DNA from: the human T2T-CHM13v2.0 reference genome, Homo sapiens
DNA length: 64,000 bases
Direction: 5' to 3' (one strand)
NCBI RefSeq assembly: GCF_009914755.1
Contig: NC_060932.1
A program made the position numbers and the translations under genes. The notes beneath the pieces were generated by a model. That model did no database searches, had not been told where the DNA came from, and saw nothing but the letters and a program-made list of their open reading frames with translations. Position 1 is the first letter of the stretch. Each line of letters opens with the position of its first letter. This document shows positions 12,313-25,969 of the stretch, piece after piece.

Positions 12313-13177
12313 TGTTAGGAGGCAATCCTCCATGTGTTTCTTGTGGTTGTGCACATCTTTCAAGCAAAGACATTGACTGCTTTTGTTCTGGAATATCTTT
12401 TTAAGGTTGTTCTTACATCAAACAGCACTGGAATTCAGGGACAGTTGTTCTTTCCAAAGCAAAACACAAATTTATTTTACAATTTTGGAAGATGGAGATA
12501 GTGTCTCCCTCCAGAGCAAAGATGTGGGCAATGCTTACCATCAATTATAAAAGATTTCAACTCTTTATGGCCAAGGTTTCTTTCCTATAATGCAACTTAC
12601 TATATATGAGAATCCGATACTTGGTCCTATCCCTTTGGGAACTGGGGCTCAGCAAAGTGGCACCAATGCTTATATTCTGGCTACTACTTTTGTTGTGAGT
12701 AGTAAAGTATGCTTCGTCTCTGACCTACGAGTCTTTGGACTTCTGCTAGCATCTGTGAAAATGTGGCAAGCTGTATGGACTGAATGTTTGCATTCCTCCT
12801 AAATTCATATGTTGATGTCAAATACCCAATGTGATAGCATGAATGGCGCGAGTCTTTGGGAGGTAATTAGATCATATGGGTGAGTTCACATGAATGAGAT
12901 TCATGCTTTTAAAAGGCCAGAGAGCTAGCTCTTCCTCTTTTTACTATGTGAATATATAAAAAGAAGTCAGCTGTCTGCAACTTAGAAAAGGGCCCTCAAT
13001 GCAATCCAACCATGCTGGCATTCTGATCTCAAACTTCCAGCCTCCAGAACTGTGAGAAAGAAACATTTCTTCTTTAAGACACCGAATCTATGGCTATTTA
13101 GTATAGAATTCCAACTAAGACACTGTGAGTCTTAGTTGCAAGTCTGGTAAAATCTCAGACCCTCACAGTTCTAGATA
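12313..13177 (+). mobile_element. 3' LTR (LTR40-like), split by an MLT1A insertion
   Basis: Starts TGttaggaggcaatcctccat and resumes after 13122 with ttgcaagtctggtaaaatctcagaccctcacagttctagata. Confidence 0.85.
12772..13122 (+). mobile_element. MaLR solo LTR MLT1A/MLT1A0
   Basis: tgtatggactgaatgtttg..aaattcatatgttga...cttccagcctccagaactgtgaga...actaagaCA. Confidence 0.88.
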
Positions 13178-16100
13178 CGTACCTCTAACAATCCTATGAA
13201 GTATTCATGGGAGTTCACAAGGCTGCAACAGAATGACTACTGTTTACATCATTAGAACCCCCATCAGGCAGTGCATCAAAAACTTCACCCCAAAAAACAA
13301 CCCATATAACTTTTCATGTTTTCATGAAATTAAACCTCTATAAAAGCTGAGAACCCTCAACTTCTTCAAAAAAGCAAGCAAGCAACCAACCAACCAAAAA
13401 AACGTCTCTAATAATTGGAAAAGGAGACAACTGCCCTTTGTATTTCTTACCTATTTTTTTCTAGCCACTGTCAACAACTAGGGATAAGCATCACTTAAGG
13501 TTTGGGCCAGTGCAATAAGGTAGGAAAATTACACGGCAGCAACACAGTTTAAGATTAAATATTAGATCTTCCTTTTCTCATAAATCTTTTTTTCACCTCA
13601 CCTAAGGATTCCTCACTAGCTATCATCTCCCAAGGTTTCAGCCTCTTTCCATATTGCTCAATATTCCAATAACTTTAAAAAGTTTTCCACTGCTCCTCAT
13701 CCCCTAAATTCAAATTCTTTCACTGATCAACCTTTTTGTTTGTCTTTAATCTTCCATATTACAACCATAGGGTTTGCACATTCAGATGTAAAACTGCCTT
13801 TTTCAAAGCTAGTTAATGTGTGAATGAATTGTAACCTCAAACCATCTAGGGTACGCTGCTGAATTATAACGAAGTATGTCAATGTGTATCATAATGTTTG
13901 ACTATAAAGAAAATAAAAGATGAAACTGTGAATACTTACCTACCAAATAGTTATTTTTTAAATTTGTGGAGAAACTACTGGTTTTAAAAAGGAAGGAAGA
14001 ACTTTTCAAAGGAATGACTCAGAAAAGACAAATCAGAAAAGGGAAAAGTTAATTCAGGAAAATTCTTTAGACAAAATCCATAAGTACTGCTGAGTTAGGG
14101 TTTAGGTGGCACAGAAAAGAATAGTCCCTATCTAAGAAGGCCAAACATCTTATGTATGCTGGGACTGACAGTCTTATTTCCAAGTAATTTTATAAGAGCC
14201 ATAAACTTCACGTGAACTTTTGAAAAGCTGAACTGAAATTCATCATATTCGTAGTTTGTATATACTGCACTCTTCAGTGTTTTGTGCTCTTTAATTCAGT
14301 ACGGTATAGTGAAAATAACATAGAGCTGGAAATCACACACATTTTGGGTTGAATCCCAGTTCCAGCACATATAAAAGCTGTGTTCTCTTGGGCAATTTAC
14401 TTGACGTGTTTTCTCATCTATAAAATTATAGCATTAATTACTTGTAGTCAGTACAATTACTACTACAGAAAAGAAATTAAAGAAAAATTTAATATATATT
14501 ATAAATAAACAGTAAAGGAGACTGAACTCAGGTCCTCTTAAGTCTGGGCTTCTTTTCACTAAAGGGGCATGTTGGGAGGAAATATTAACCATGGTCATAT
14601 CTACCTATTTAGAACAGTGTTTATGATTGGAACTAAGAAGAAATAAAGTTATAAAAAAAGTTCAGAGTCAATTTTTAGAGGCTCCAAAATGCCAGGTTAA
14701 CAATTTTTGAGTTGAATGATATAGCAATGAATTATCTGCAGAATAGAAAAAGTAATGTTTTAAAGTAAGCATATTCTATGATACTAGTGATATGTAAATC
14801 AAATGTGAGAAGGAATGAACTGGAGATGAGAATAGTTACATGATTATTGAAACAACACAGCCCACACCAGCATCATTCAAAATTTTCAGCTAGATGAGAT
14901 TTTTTTGGTAGCTATGTTACATACTACATTTCTACTTTTAATGATAAACAAAAAACATGATAATATTAGAGATTCTGCCAAGTTCTGTAGTTAAAGTAAT
15001 ACAGCAAATCATCTATTTGTCTGACTACCATTGAATACCTTTTCTACCAAATTTATTCATTATTAATATTCAAATAGAACTTTAGGAAATACTAGCTTAA
15101 CGTATTTCATATTCCTAAATCTTTTAGGCTTTAGACAGCCTGGCAATGTTATTAGAAGGGTATATCCTGTATTTAATATTCAATCTGGGTCATATGTGTA
15201 TACATACATGTCTTTAAAATCATAGACCCTCAGTAAAGTCTCTATATTACAACTTCAGTTTCCTTAAATGTCTTTCTTTAAATAAGTTCTTTATGACTCT
15301 AGTCATTTAGCACTTGAAAGTAAGAGTGGCTTATATCTTTATAACTTTGTAGCTGCAATTCAATATCTGTTCTATAATTTGTTTGAAACTGCTCTCTTAA
15401 AATTCTAAATACACTCTCTGGCAATGTTCACTATTGTCTTTCTTAGTTATTGTAATTCTAAAATGAGCTGATCACATTCCTCCCAGGTTTTAACTTCATC
15501 AGACAATTTTGCCTTAATGAGGAAAAAAATAGGTTCACAATAGCCAGTATTGTTATTACTTCCTGTGACAGAAAATAGTAAACAGGGTAAACTTTTTGAA
15601 AAGTCAAATGTGGTCTTTGGTATTCATAGCCCAGAATAAATGCTAATATGTATTATTAATAAATATTTTTATGGTCATGAAAATGAAGAAAATTGGAGTC
15701 ATTTAATAAAGATTTCACAAAAGTTTTTCTCAGCATGGTCTTTATGATGTTTTATTGTTCTTTTTAAAATACTCTTAAACAGGCAGGAAAAATAACCTGT
15801 GTCCTCCTTGCATAATTTAGAAATAAACTTTAGCTAGAAGACAACAAAGTAAATACAAATAATGGTAAGTGAGAAGATTTTCAGAAGTCATTTCTATAGT
15901 CTTAATGGAAAGCCATTTTTGCTTTATGTTTTTTATATCTAAAGGTTTTCTTGTCTTTTTTTTTCCCTCAGAATTTAGTAGAAATATCTAGGAGATGTGA
16001 GACATATTAATGGTTAAAGTAACAATATTAGAACATCCAAAGTGTTTATTTTCAGAATAAATATATACTTGTAAATCCTACTAAATATGAATATTTATCA

Positions 16101-16342
16101 TTCAAACACTGAAATAAAAGTTTACCCAAAATCAAGCACATAAACATAAACTTATATTAACTCCAAATTGGTTCAGAGCATCGTTTTTTCAGATGAGAAA
16201 CACAAGAAGTCATCCAAGATGTCTCCTTTTTCCTTGCCCCAAACTAAAAAAATATGTACTAGTAAAATAACACTTAAAAATCTGTCATAAATATTGGCCT
16301 TAACAATGTAACAGAAGTGTAAAATTTTAAACACATATTTTT

Positions 16343-16536
16343 TTAAAAAAATCAAATAATCGAAATAAGCCACTAAAGCAAATATTGCATAAGTTACATT
16401 ATCAGTAGATAATAACATACAAAAGGAAAGGGATGTATAAAAGCAACGAATATGTTGAAATGTTGATACTTTTGACAAACTTTAAAAAAAATTCATGCTT
16501 CATAAAGGCATATTTGGTTATTTAATTTTCTTCTCA
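16343..16536 (+). repeat. Arm A (presumed donor) of a ~190-bp inverted duplication
   Basis: Reverse complement matches 18804-18993 at roughly 90% by eye. The ORF track shows the twin peptides MSKVSTFQHI.CFYT on opposite strands. Confidence 0.95.
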
Positions 16537-17039
16537 AAATTATTTCGATGCTGCAAACCTACATTTGTCGTGTCTTATTTCCTTGGAATAAATAAGCTAA
16601 AGATGGCTGAAAAGGGACAGTGGGAGTGCAAATGAAGTGCAGTTCATTTAGTTCTGACCTCATTTCATTTCTTCCCAAGAAACACTTATCTCAGAAGTAA
16701 ATCGGTGCCATTTCCAGCTCGTAATACATGATAAGTATGAAAATGAGTTCATCTTTGAAATTTAACATGCAAATTTATATTACTTTCAGTATCTGGATTA
16801 AGTCCGGTTAGAAGAGGAAATCATGAGCTGCTGCTTCAACTCAGTGACCTCACTGCATCAAACTTCCACTTTGCCACTCTGTAGAACAAGGATATGATAT
16901 GTGTAATTAAATGTCCCAATCAGCCTGCCAGTGAGTACGTTACGGTTCATGAATAAGGGAGAGACTCCCTAAGAAAACAGAGTGTCATTTTAAGTTGTTT
17001 TCGGGATCCTCAGTGCAGTTAAATTGACCAATTTATCAC

Positions 17040-17173
17040 AGAGAGAAATATATTAACTGAATTATCCTCCAGAGACTTTGATTTAATTAACCTAGGATGG
17101 GAGTTAGGCATGGATTTTTCTTTTAAAAGCTCTCCAGGTGATTTTCACGTGCAGCCAGGGATGGGGATCACTG
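17040..17173. mobile_element. MER5A-type MITE
   Basis: ttttaaaagctctccaggtgattttcacgtgcagccagg...cactg terminus. Confidence 0.7.
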
Positions 17174-18189
17174 AGCTAAATGAAACCCTCAGGATAAGAT
17201 CCTGTTTCTCAGTGGCTGCTTGGTGACTTCCCTGACCTCCCTATTCATAAAAATTTCAGTTTCATCCAATTTCATCACAGAACTGCTGGGTTTCTTCCTT
17301 CCTCAGATAACTGTACCTACTTTACAGAAAAAAATAGGGGTAGAGGGTTCTGCCATTTGAGAATGATGCCTTCTTCCATTTCCCCCTACAAAAACATTAT
17401 ACCTTCATCGGCTCCTTCCTCAGGGTCTTTCACCTCAAGGGAGAGTATGTGTCAATTTTTATCCAAGGGCAATGCTATCCCCTCTATTCTGAATCTCAGA
17501 TTCTTAACCTCCTAGGACTGTAATGTTACAATTGGCTCAGATCTCACCTGTATTTTCAACTTCTCTCAAGCATTGTATCTTTGTCCTCATTACTTCAGTC
17601 TCTCACATCTTAAAAACAATCTTTCCTCATTGCATGTCCTTTTCCGTCTACAAACCTAGCTAGCTCTTGCCTTTGCTTCAGAGGCAAGCTTCCACTTTTC
17701 ACATAAAGCCTCAGTTTTTTCACCTCATTATTTCTCAATTATTAGCCATGTGGCTTATACATCACTAATTCCAGTGAAAACGATTTTACCCAGGTCACTG
17801 GTGGCCTCTTGGTTGTTGAATTTAATTTATTTTCCTGACCATTTTGCAGCATTTCACAATGTTGATCACATCTGATTTATAAAATATCTCCTTGCTGTGG
17901 TATCATGACACCATTCTCTCTGGTTATGAATCTTTGCTTCTAGCTGCTCCTATTTTAGTCTTTCACAGGCTCAACTTCATCCTCCTATTCCTCATATTGT
18001 TGTTCCCTCAATTCACTTCTGTTTCAACTCTTCTCTACATTTTCTTATCATTCACTTAATCTAAAGTCATATTACTTTTTACCTAAATTACTGAACTAGT
18101 CTTCAAACTGGATACAATTCTTAGTCTTGTCTCTCTCAAACCATATGACATCTTCCTTCTTTTATATTTTATTTCATTCATTTACTTTT

Positions 18190-19890
18190 AAATATCTCCA
18201 GCCTTATTAAGATACAATTGACAAATAAAAAATGTATATATGATATTTTGATATTTGTCTACTTGTGAAAAATTAAATCAAGCTAATTAATATACCCATC
18301 ACCTCACATACTTTTGTGTGGCGAAAACATTTAAAATTTACTCTCTTAGTAAATGCCAAGCATGCAGTATATTATTACTAGTTATAGTCATCAGGCTCAA
18401 CTTTTTAGATTCCACATGTAAGTGAGATCATACAATGTTTGTCTTTGTGCCTGGCTTATCTCACTTAGCAGACTCTCCTCCGGGTTCATCTATGTTGTCA
18501 CATATAATAACATTTCCTTCTTTTTTAAGGCTGAATTGTATTCCATTGTGTGTGTGTGTGTACATATATATGTGTGTGTGTGTGTGTGTGTATTTATGTG
18601 TAATGTATATATTTAGTTAATTGTTATGTATGTATTATGTTATATATAATTATGTATTATATTATGTATATATTATAATATATTTAGTTAATTGTTATGT
18701 ATATAAAATATAATTATGTTATATATTATATATGTTATGTAATATAACATATATACATTATATATAAAATAAATATAAGATATATCCATTATGTATAACA
18801 TTATGAGAAGAATATTAAATAACCAAATATATCTTTATGAGGCATGAATTTTTTCAAGTTTGTCAAAAGTATCAACATTTCAACATATTTATTGCTTTTA
18901 TACCTTCCTTTCCTGTCATATGTTATCATCTACTGATAATCTAATATGCAATATTTGCTTTAGTGGCTTATTTCAATTATTTGATTTTTTTAAGATCAAG
19001 GAGTTTTATATATATATATATAACATAACATATATCCATTATATATAAAACAATGGATGATTCTTCATTCGGTCATCCATTAATGGATGACACTTAGGTT
19101 GATTACATATCTTGGCTACTGTGAATAATTCAGCAATGAATATGGGAATGTAGATATGTCTTGGACATACTGCTTTCATTTTTTTTTGGATAAATATCTA
19201 GTAGCGGGATTGCTGGATCATATGGTAATTCTATTTTTATTTTTTTCAGGAATCTGCATACTATTTTTCATAATGGCTGTACTAATTTACATTCTTACTA
19301 ACAGTATATACAGATTCTCTTTTCTCCATATCCTCACCAATACTTAACTCTTATATTTTTGATGATAGGCAACCTAACAGATGTGAGGTGATACCGTTTC
19401 AATTAATGGTACTGGGAAAACTGCATATCCACATGTAGAAGAAGAAAATTGGACCTTTATTTCACATCTCATACAGGAATGAATTTCAAATGGATTAAAT
19501 AGTTAAATAAAGACCTGAAAGTATAAAACTATTTAAAAAACATAGAGAAAACTAATGTCTCTCTGACATTAGTGTGGCAGCGATTTCCTGTATATGACCC
19601 CAAAAGCATAGGCAACAAAAGCAAAAACAGACAAATGGCATTGCATCAAACTAAAGAGCTTCTGCACGGCAAAGGAAGCAATCAACAGGGTGAAGAGACA
19701 ACATATGAAGTGAGAGAAATTATTTGTAAACCATATACCTGATAAAGGCCTTATGTCCAAAATATATGAGGAATTAAAACATCTTAATGGCAAGAAAACA
19801 ACTCAATTAAGAATGGACAAATGATTGAGTAGACATTTCTCAAAAGAAGACATACAAATGGCCAACAGGTATATGGAAAAAAAATGTTCA
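18190..19890 (-). mobile_element. L1MA-type element with inverted 5' segment (minus 18190-19393, plus about 19395-19890)
   Basis: Antisense 3'UTR/ORF2 end runs up to ctaacagatgtgaggtgata, then sense ORF2 runs from ttcaattaatggtactgggaaaactg to aaatggccaacaggtatatg. Confidence 0.8.
18804..18993 (-). repeat. Arm B (inserted copy) of the inverted duplication, inside AT-rich low-complexity DNA within the L1
   Basis: Matches the reverse complement of 16343-16536. Flanked by atatatccattat(g/a)tataa at 18780 and 19030. Confidence 0.95.
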
Positions 19891-20078
19891 TACTCCATTT
19901 TCTAAAACATAATGGTCCCTAATATTTTAAGCCTTTGCCCACGGGGCTCCCTCAATCTGGTGTAATCTGCACATCCACCATTGTTCTCATCATTAGCCTT
20001 GTTTACTGCATCTTCAGGGTTCAACTCAGGTACTTTTTTCTGTGGACGCCTTCCTTAACAATCCCTAGTACCCTAGAG

Positions 20079-20400
20079 CAGTGGTCCCCAACCTTTTAGG
20101 CACCAGGGACTGGTTTGGTGGAAGATAATTATTCCATGGACTCGGGGGAGGAGTGGTATGGTTTCAGGATGATTCAAGCACATTATATTTATCATTAGAT
20201 TCTCATAAGGAGCATGCAAACTAGATCCCTCACATGCACAGTTCACAATAGGGTTCACGCTCCTATGACAATCTAATGCTGCTGCTCATCTGACAGGAGG
20301 TGGAGCTCAAGTGGTAATGCCCACTTGCCCGCTGTTCACCTCCTGCTGTGTGAGCCTGGTTCCTTACAGTCCACAGACCACAACAGGTCTGTGCTGGGAG
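20079..20400 (+). mobile_element. MER1B hAT-Charlie DNA transposon
   Basis: cagtggtccccaaccttttaggcaccagggactggttt...attagattctcataaggagc. Degenerate 8-bp TSD ccctagag/gcttagag. Confidence 0.9.
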
Positions 20401-23400
20401 GCTTAGAGGAGCACTCCTTTTTTGTATAGCTCTTAGCATAGAATTTACAATAAACTATTGTAATTATATACTAACTTTTAAAACTCTTGGCGCCCACCCT
20501 TGAGAGTAAATTCATTGCAGGTAGAGATTTTTCCCATCCTCAATAAGTTTATGCTCCTCCACATTTCACTCACCCCTCTCCCTCTGTTTTTCTTTTTTTT
20601 TCTCCTCTCTCTCTCTCCTTCTTTCTCTCTCCCTCTACGGTTCCTTTCATCACCCTGTGGCTTTATACTTAGTTGTCTCTATCTTTAATGTCTTACATTT
20701 TTCAATCTCTATGTCTGTCTTTCTTTCTGTCCTTTTTGAATCCCTGCTTATCCTTTTCTATAAAAATTTTTGTACTCTTCTAGGCAGAGTGGTTCCTTAA
20801 TCGTCTTTGAACGGAATGCACCATATTCATTTTTCTGCAGTAGCTCTTATTGTGATATATAGTAATGCATACTTTTTCGTTGCTGTTTTTCCCACTGGAG
20901 TAGCCCATTGATCTCTTTGAGGAGAAAAATTCATCTTTTCCCTCCCCTTACCTAATAATTACCACAAAATATCAATGTTATTAAATAAACAAAAGAATGA
21001 TTTCCAAAATAAGGGAATAATATATAATAATAATAACCTCAGAGATAAAATGACCAAGTGGTATTTTCATGTCCAATGAAATTTATTTCCCAAAGGGTAA
21101 TACTATCATTTCTGTCTTCTGTCTTTCCTTTGTTTTGAATTGTCTTTATGACAAATATTGACTGTGCAACCATGCCTCTGTTGCTTTAGGGATGTTCTCT
21201 GGTTGTTTTATTTTGAATGTACTGTGTTTTCAATGAGATAATACATTTCTTAACGGCATAATTTGTTCAGTTCTGCTCTGTGCTTCTTACATTGTGTCTA
21301 GCATAGTGGTAAACAAAACATCCATTCATTCAAATATTAGTGAGTATCTGCCATGTGCCAGGCATTGCTATTTGTTTGGGATGTTGACACTATTTACCTA
21401 GCTCCACAAAAATTACTGTAAGACAAAGTAAGCAGAAGAACATACTTCATGCCTTAATATGAGGAAAGGTCTGCCAAAATGTCATAAATTCTGAAGATTC
21501 ATATCAAGCAGAAGACCAGTGACTTTTACAACTTCAAATAAATTCAATTTAAAGGATAAAAGTTTATCTCTTTCTCATCAATAATGTCTGTATATATTCT
21601 GCCTATGCCTTTTGTTTCCTCTTTGGTTCCCAGGTTTCATCATTTTTCCCTTTCCTATTGTTTCTTTCACTTTGCGTGGTACAATTATACATTTTGAGTG
21701 CATATACATAGCAACAGACATTCTAAAGGTTACAGTGTGATCACTGTTATCTATAAACCCTCCTTCCCAGAGCTAGCCCAGCTATTATTTTGAAACAAAG
21801 TGAGATTTTACTGTGGAGAAGCTAAATAAGGGAATCCTAACTGTAGTATATTTAAGTTTTCCAACTTTTTATGTGATCAGAATTAGTGGAAAGGCTATTA
21901 AGTCATCACAGATCTTCAAGATGCTTTTTGCTAGTAGCACATATTTTCAGCAAATATAGGAAATAAGTTTTTCTACATCACAGGGGAATTTTAAGAGATT
22001 TCATAAGTTTACTATGAACACAAAAAGTTATTCTATTTTAATAATTTTTCAACATTTCCTTTTATATAGGTAGCTTCTCCTCCAAAATTGCAATCACTGT
22101 GCTGATTTTATTAGCTTTTCATTTGTTCATCCTTGCATTAAGACATTACATTTCAGATTTTTTTCAGTGCTTGGTTTTTTAGTTTAGCGAAAGCGTTCAT
22201 TACTAATATGGTTATTGCAGTCTTTTTTTCCTTGGTTAGTTGTTGTTTGGGCATGATGTAGCTCATTTTATCCCCATTAAATTTCAAATTTTTAGGCTTT
22301 TAAAATTATATTAGCTAAAAGTTAAAGAGTTGTTTTCTTTTGTATTTTTCTCTCCCAAAATTTAGAATTGTTACTAATACATTTTAAGAATTAAAATATT
22401 TATTTCCCATTTGAAAACTCTCAAAAATATCTTAGTGTATAGCATTTTCAACAATGACATTATAATCACCTTTATTTTTCTAAAGATACATTGTTTAAAC
22501 TCAACATATTACAAGGGTGCACTTCATAATAAAAATGCATGAAGACAAATAATCTTTTACCTATATACAAAGGTAGATTTTAATGGTAAATAAAGCATAA
22601 GAGATCTGCAGAATCTAAATTACTTTGAAGCAGTTTTACAATCAATAACCATCATTCTGGCACTGAACAAATTTGAAACCTGTCTTTTTTAAATATCCAA
22701 AACATAATGCAATAAAAATAATATTTCATTAGCAAGAGTTTATTAAAATTTTTAAAAATTATTATTGCTTGTGTGTTTCAGGAACTGAGGCAAATTCTCA
22801 GCATTCAAAGGTAAAGAAGAATATTGAACTAAAAATATCCTTAACAAGTTTCAATACAGAAGCAGTCAATATACTTCAGAATATTTAGAATTTGCAACTG
22901 AAAGGAGACCATACAATCCCTTATCAACTTACAAATAATCCCTCATCAACTTACAAATAAGTAAACTGATGTTCAGAAGATATTAAGCAAATGAGCAAGG
23001 TTATACTCCTAGAAAATGATGAGTTGGAAAGAAAATGTTCTCTTTGATATCTGTGGAGATTTTCCTGCTATGTACCAAAACTGAATCAAGAATTTGTTCA
23101 TTATATGCATATTTTTGTAATAATCTGAGAGCTAGGCAAAATGTATAGAATGTATTTCTAAACAATTGTTGGAAGGGCACCCTTGAAATGCAAAATTTCT
23201 AATTGTTCAGGGAGTTTTGAATTTAAGTGATCTATCTTCTACTAAGTTGTCTATAAATGCATCACTATTAATCTCCATCAAATAACATGTAAGTGATATC
23301 ATTAAAACCTGTTAATTGTTAGAGCTTAGTAAGGCTTGTTTCCTAATCAAAATGGTTTAATAAAGCTTCACACTATGGCTTTTAGAAAAAAAAACCACTA

Positions 23401-25891
23401 AGAAATATGAATGTGTGATAAACTTCCATATCTACACCATCTGCCTATCTCCTTCACCATATGTCACTCTATTAATTGCTAATATCATCCTTATTATGCA
23501 TCATTTCATCTGTAAGAATGTTCCACAAAACTAAGAAGGCATCAACAACTACAGAAAAACACCTGCTATATGCATTTCTGGCTGATAAATTTCAGCAGGT
23601 TCTGATATGTTCTTGGGCAAAATTTTCTAATTCCCTTTGCATAACAGGAAGCCTACTAGAGCAACTTTCTGTAGTTGCAATGATCTTATTACTACCTTCT
23701 CAAACTGTTGGTTACAATTAATTAAATCTTCCTATAATATTTCTTAAACTATTATAGCAGCTACTGTATGTATAAAAATATGGGTGCAGTGGGTCACTGA
23801 GCTAAACACTGAGAAGAGGAATAATATATAAGAGGGAATTTGTAACATATGTAAAATAATTTTGAAAAAGTTAAGACCCTGAGCTTTTAATAAATATGAG
23901 TTAGTGAGGGTCGCAGCTCTTACGTTTGACCAGTAGTTGTCTATCATATAACCTGTACACCCATTTTTCCATTGTTTATAAAGAAAGGAATTGAACCTCA
24001 TTTAGATTGTTTTATTCTATCAACAGTAATGGATGGGTAGACCATATTGATAACTGTCCTCTTTGGCAACAGCTGGAACAGATCCATTCAAAATTCGAAC
24101 ACTTTAGAGGCATTGATTATTTTGTTCTTTTTGAGGTGGCTTTTGTTGAAGAAGCAAGTCTACTGTCCATGAAATGATTAGGGAGCATTGCCAAACAAAA
24201 TAAAATTAAATGCTATATTGTGTGGCAAAGACAGTAATTGTAAAGTAATTTTGAAGATGAGGAAATAAGGGAATATTGAAATAGGAAAGAATTTTTGTAG
24301 GAGGTGAAAACTGAACAAGACCTGGAGAGGTTGGCTTGGTCATTCAGGAACAGGCTAGACATATATGAATATCTAGGTGGCAATTCTGTTTATTATTGAG
24401 ACATTGGGATAAACTTTTGGTACAAGTTAAAAAAAAAGTTGCATAAAGGCAAATCATGGGTGATTTTGGAAATCAAAAGAGTTAACAATCGGCAACATCA
24501 GCAACTGCTGCAGCAACACCACACCCACCACCAACACATTGTCTCCATCCATAAAGCGAGACTTTAATGGGATTAATCTGTCAGTAACAGGTGGGATAAA
24601 TTGTACTCTAAATGAAAATAAAAGTGATAGTTGCCGTATTGGAATTGTAGAATAGTGACAATGGGAATGGAAGTTTAGGAGTGCTTCTAGACATATTTCA
24701 AACCAGGAGATACATAAGATAACCTCTCCAATTTTATCTCACTCTACATCCTTTCATATAACTGACCAAACTGATTCCCCAGATGTGTCAATTCACATTG
24801 TGATTGCCCATGATACATTCTCTACATTTGAAATGACTTTCACATCCATCTTCCTCTGCCTATATCCACAATAATTTCCAAGTTCTGCCCACATATTATT
24901 TTCTCCAACTCAACGGCCATTTCCAAACATGGAAATAATCTTCCTCATCTGAATTTTGCAGAGGCTTGCACTAACTTGTAAACAAGTCTATTATATATTA
25001 TCTAGTTTTGTGTTTACGCCTTATAAATCAATACAAAATAATAAAAATAATTTTATACTCTATATCACATATGGTACATAATCTAGAATACCTACTCATG
25101 TTCATAAGTGTTGAATGAATAAAAATAAATTGATCAGTACAACAATAAATGAATAATAACAATTTCATGCTTTTTGAATAAAGAAATTAAAAGGTGATGT
25201 CATGATTTTTATGGTTGTTTTTAGTATTTTCCCATTTCATTGTCTTCTTTTCTCATCCTCCCTTAATTACCCATTTCATTAATCCCATGAGTGGTTTTTG
25301 CCCTTGTAACTTAACGGACTTTGATTACTTGGTACCATCCTAATAAACAGATTAAAATTTGCCATTTTTTTCTTCAGTCTATTATTATTAACTATTTTAA
25401 ATGTTTCCGCATTATCAAAATTATCAATGCTCAACCACATACTGTTTCTTTAAGTATCAGGAAGGTCTAAAATGAACATTCTACACATCTTCAACACATA
25501 AGGCTACTTTTTGCAAAAGCTCCAGCTTTTGGATATCTACTGCATATCCAACAAGGGAATAATTGTTTTCACCACTGTAAACTGGCAAATACTTTGTATA
25601 CATAACCCATCTATGGAATAAGAATTGTCTCTGTTTGTGTAAAAAATATTAATATTAATTTATAAACTGCTCTTTTAATTCATAATTTGCTGTCTGTGTG
25701 AACTTTTAATCCCTTTAAAAATCACCATTTCTTGATTGCTCAACCATGCAATACACAGACAGAAGCTATGTTAATAATCTCTCAAAGGTGCAGTGCACTG
25801 ATACTGCAATTTATGCTGTTGTCTGGAAAAAGCATATTTATTCTGTCCAAGAACCCATGAGACATGAGAACTACTCTTTGTCCAGACTCAC

Positions 25892-25969
25892 AGTAGTCAT
25901 TTTAAAACTTCAATTACTATTTCAGCATGTTCCCTCCATTACTGTTTCCACTACCACCGCCAGTAATTT
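25892..25969 (-). other. Candidate unannotated cassette (poison) exon in the intron after exon 10
   Basis: Minus strand reads ccattttgttgctag|AAATTACTGGCGG...GACTACT|gtgagt (78 nt). In the CSMD3 frame it encodes EITGGGSGNSNGGNMLK then stop. TGCATG lies on both sides. No expression evidence is available. Confidence 0.4.

Noticed and set aside
16173-19048. Twin ORFs MSKVSTFQHI.. as a paralogous gene pair or toxin-antitoxin-like system
   Set aside because: TTG starts and an indel that breaks peptide similarity after about 29 aa; explained by the DNA-level inverted duplication.
22916-22959. 22-bp tandem duplication atccct(t/c)atcaacttacaaata
   Set aside because: Ordinary slippage duplication inside a MIR-like fragment.
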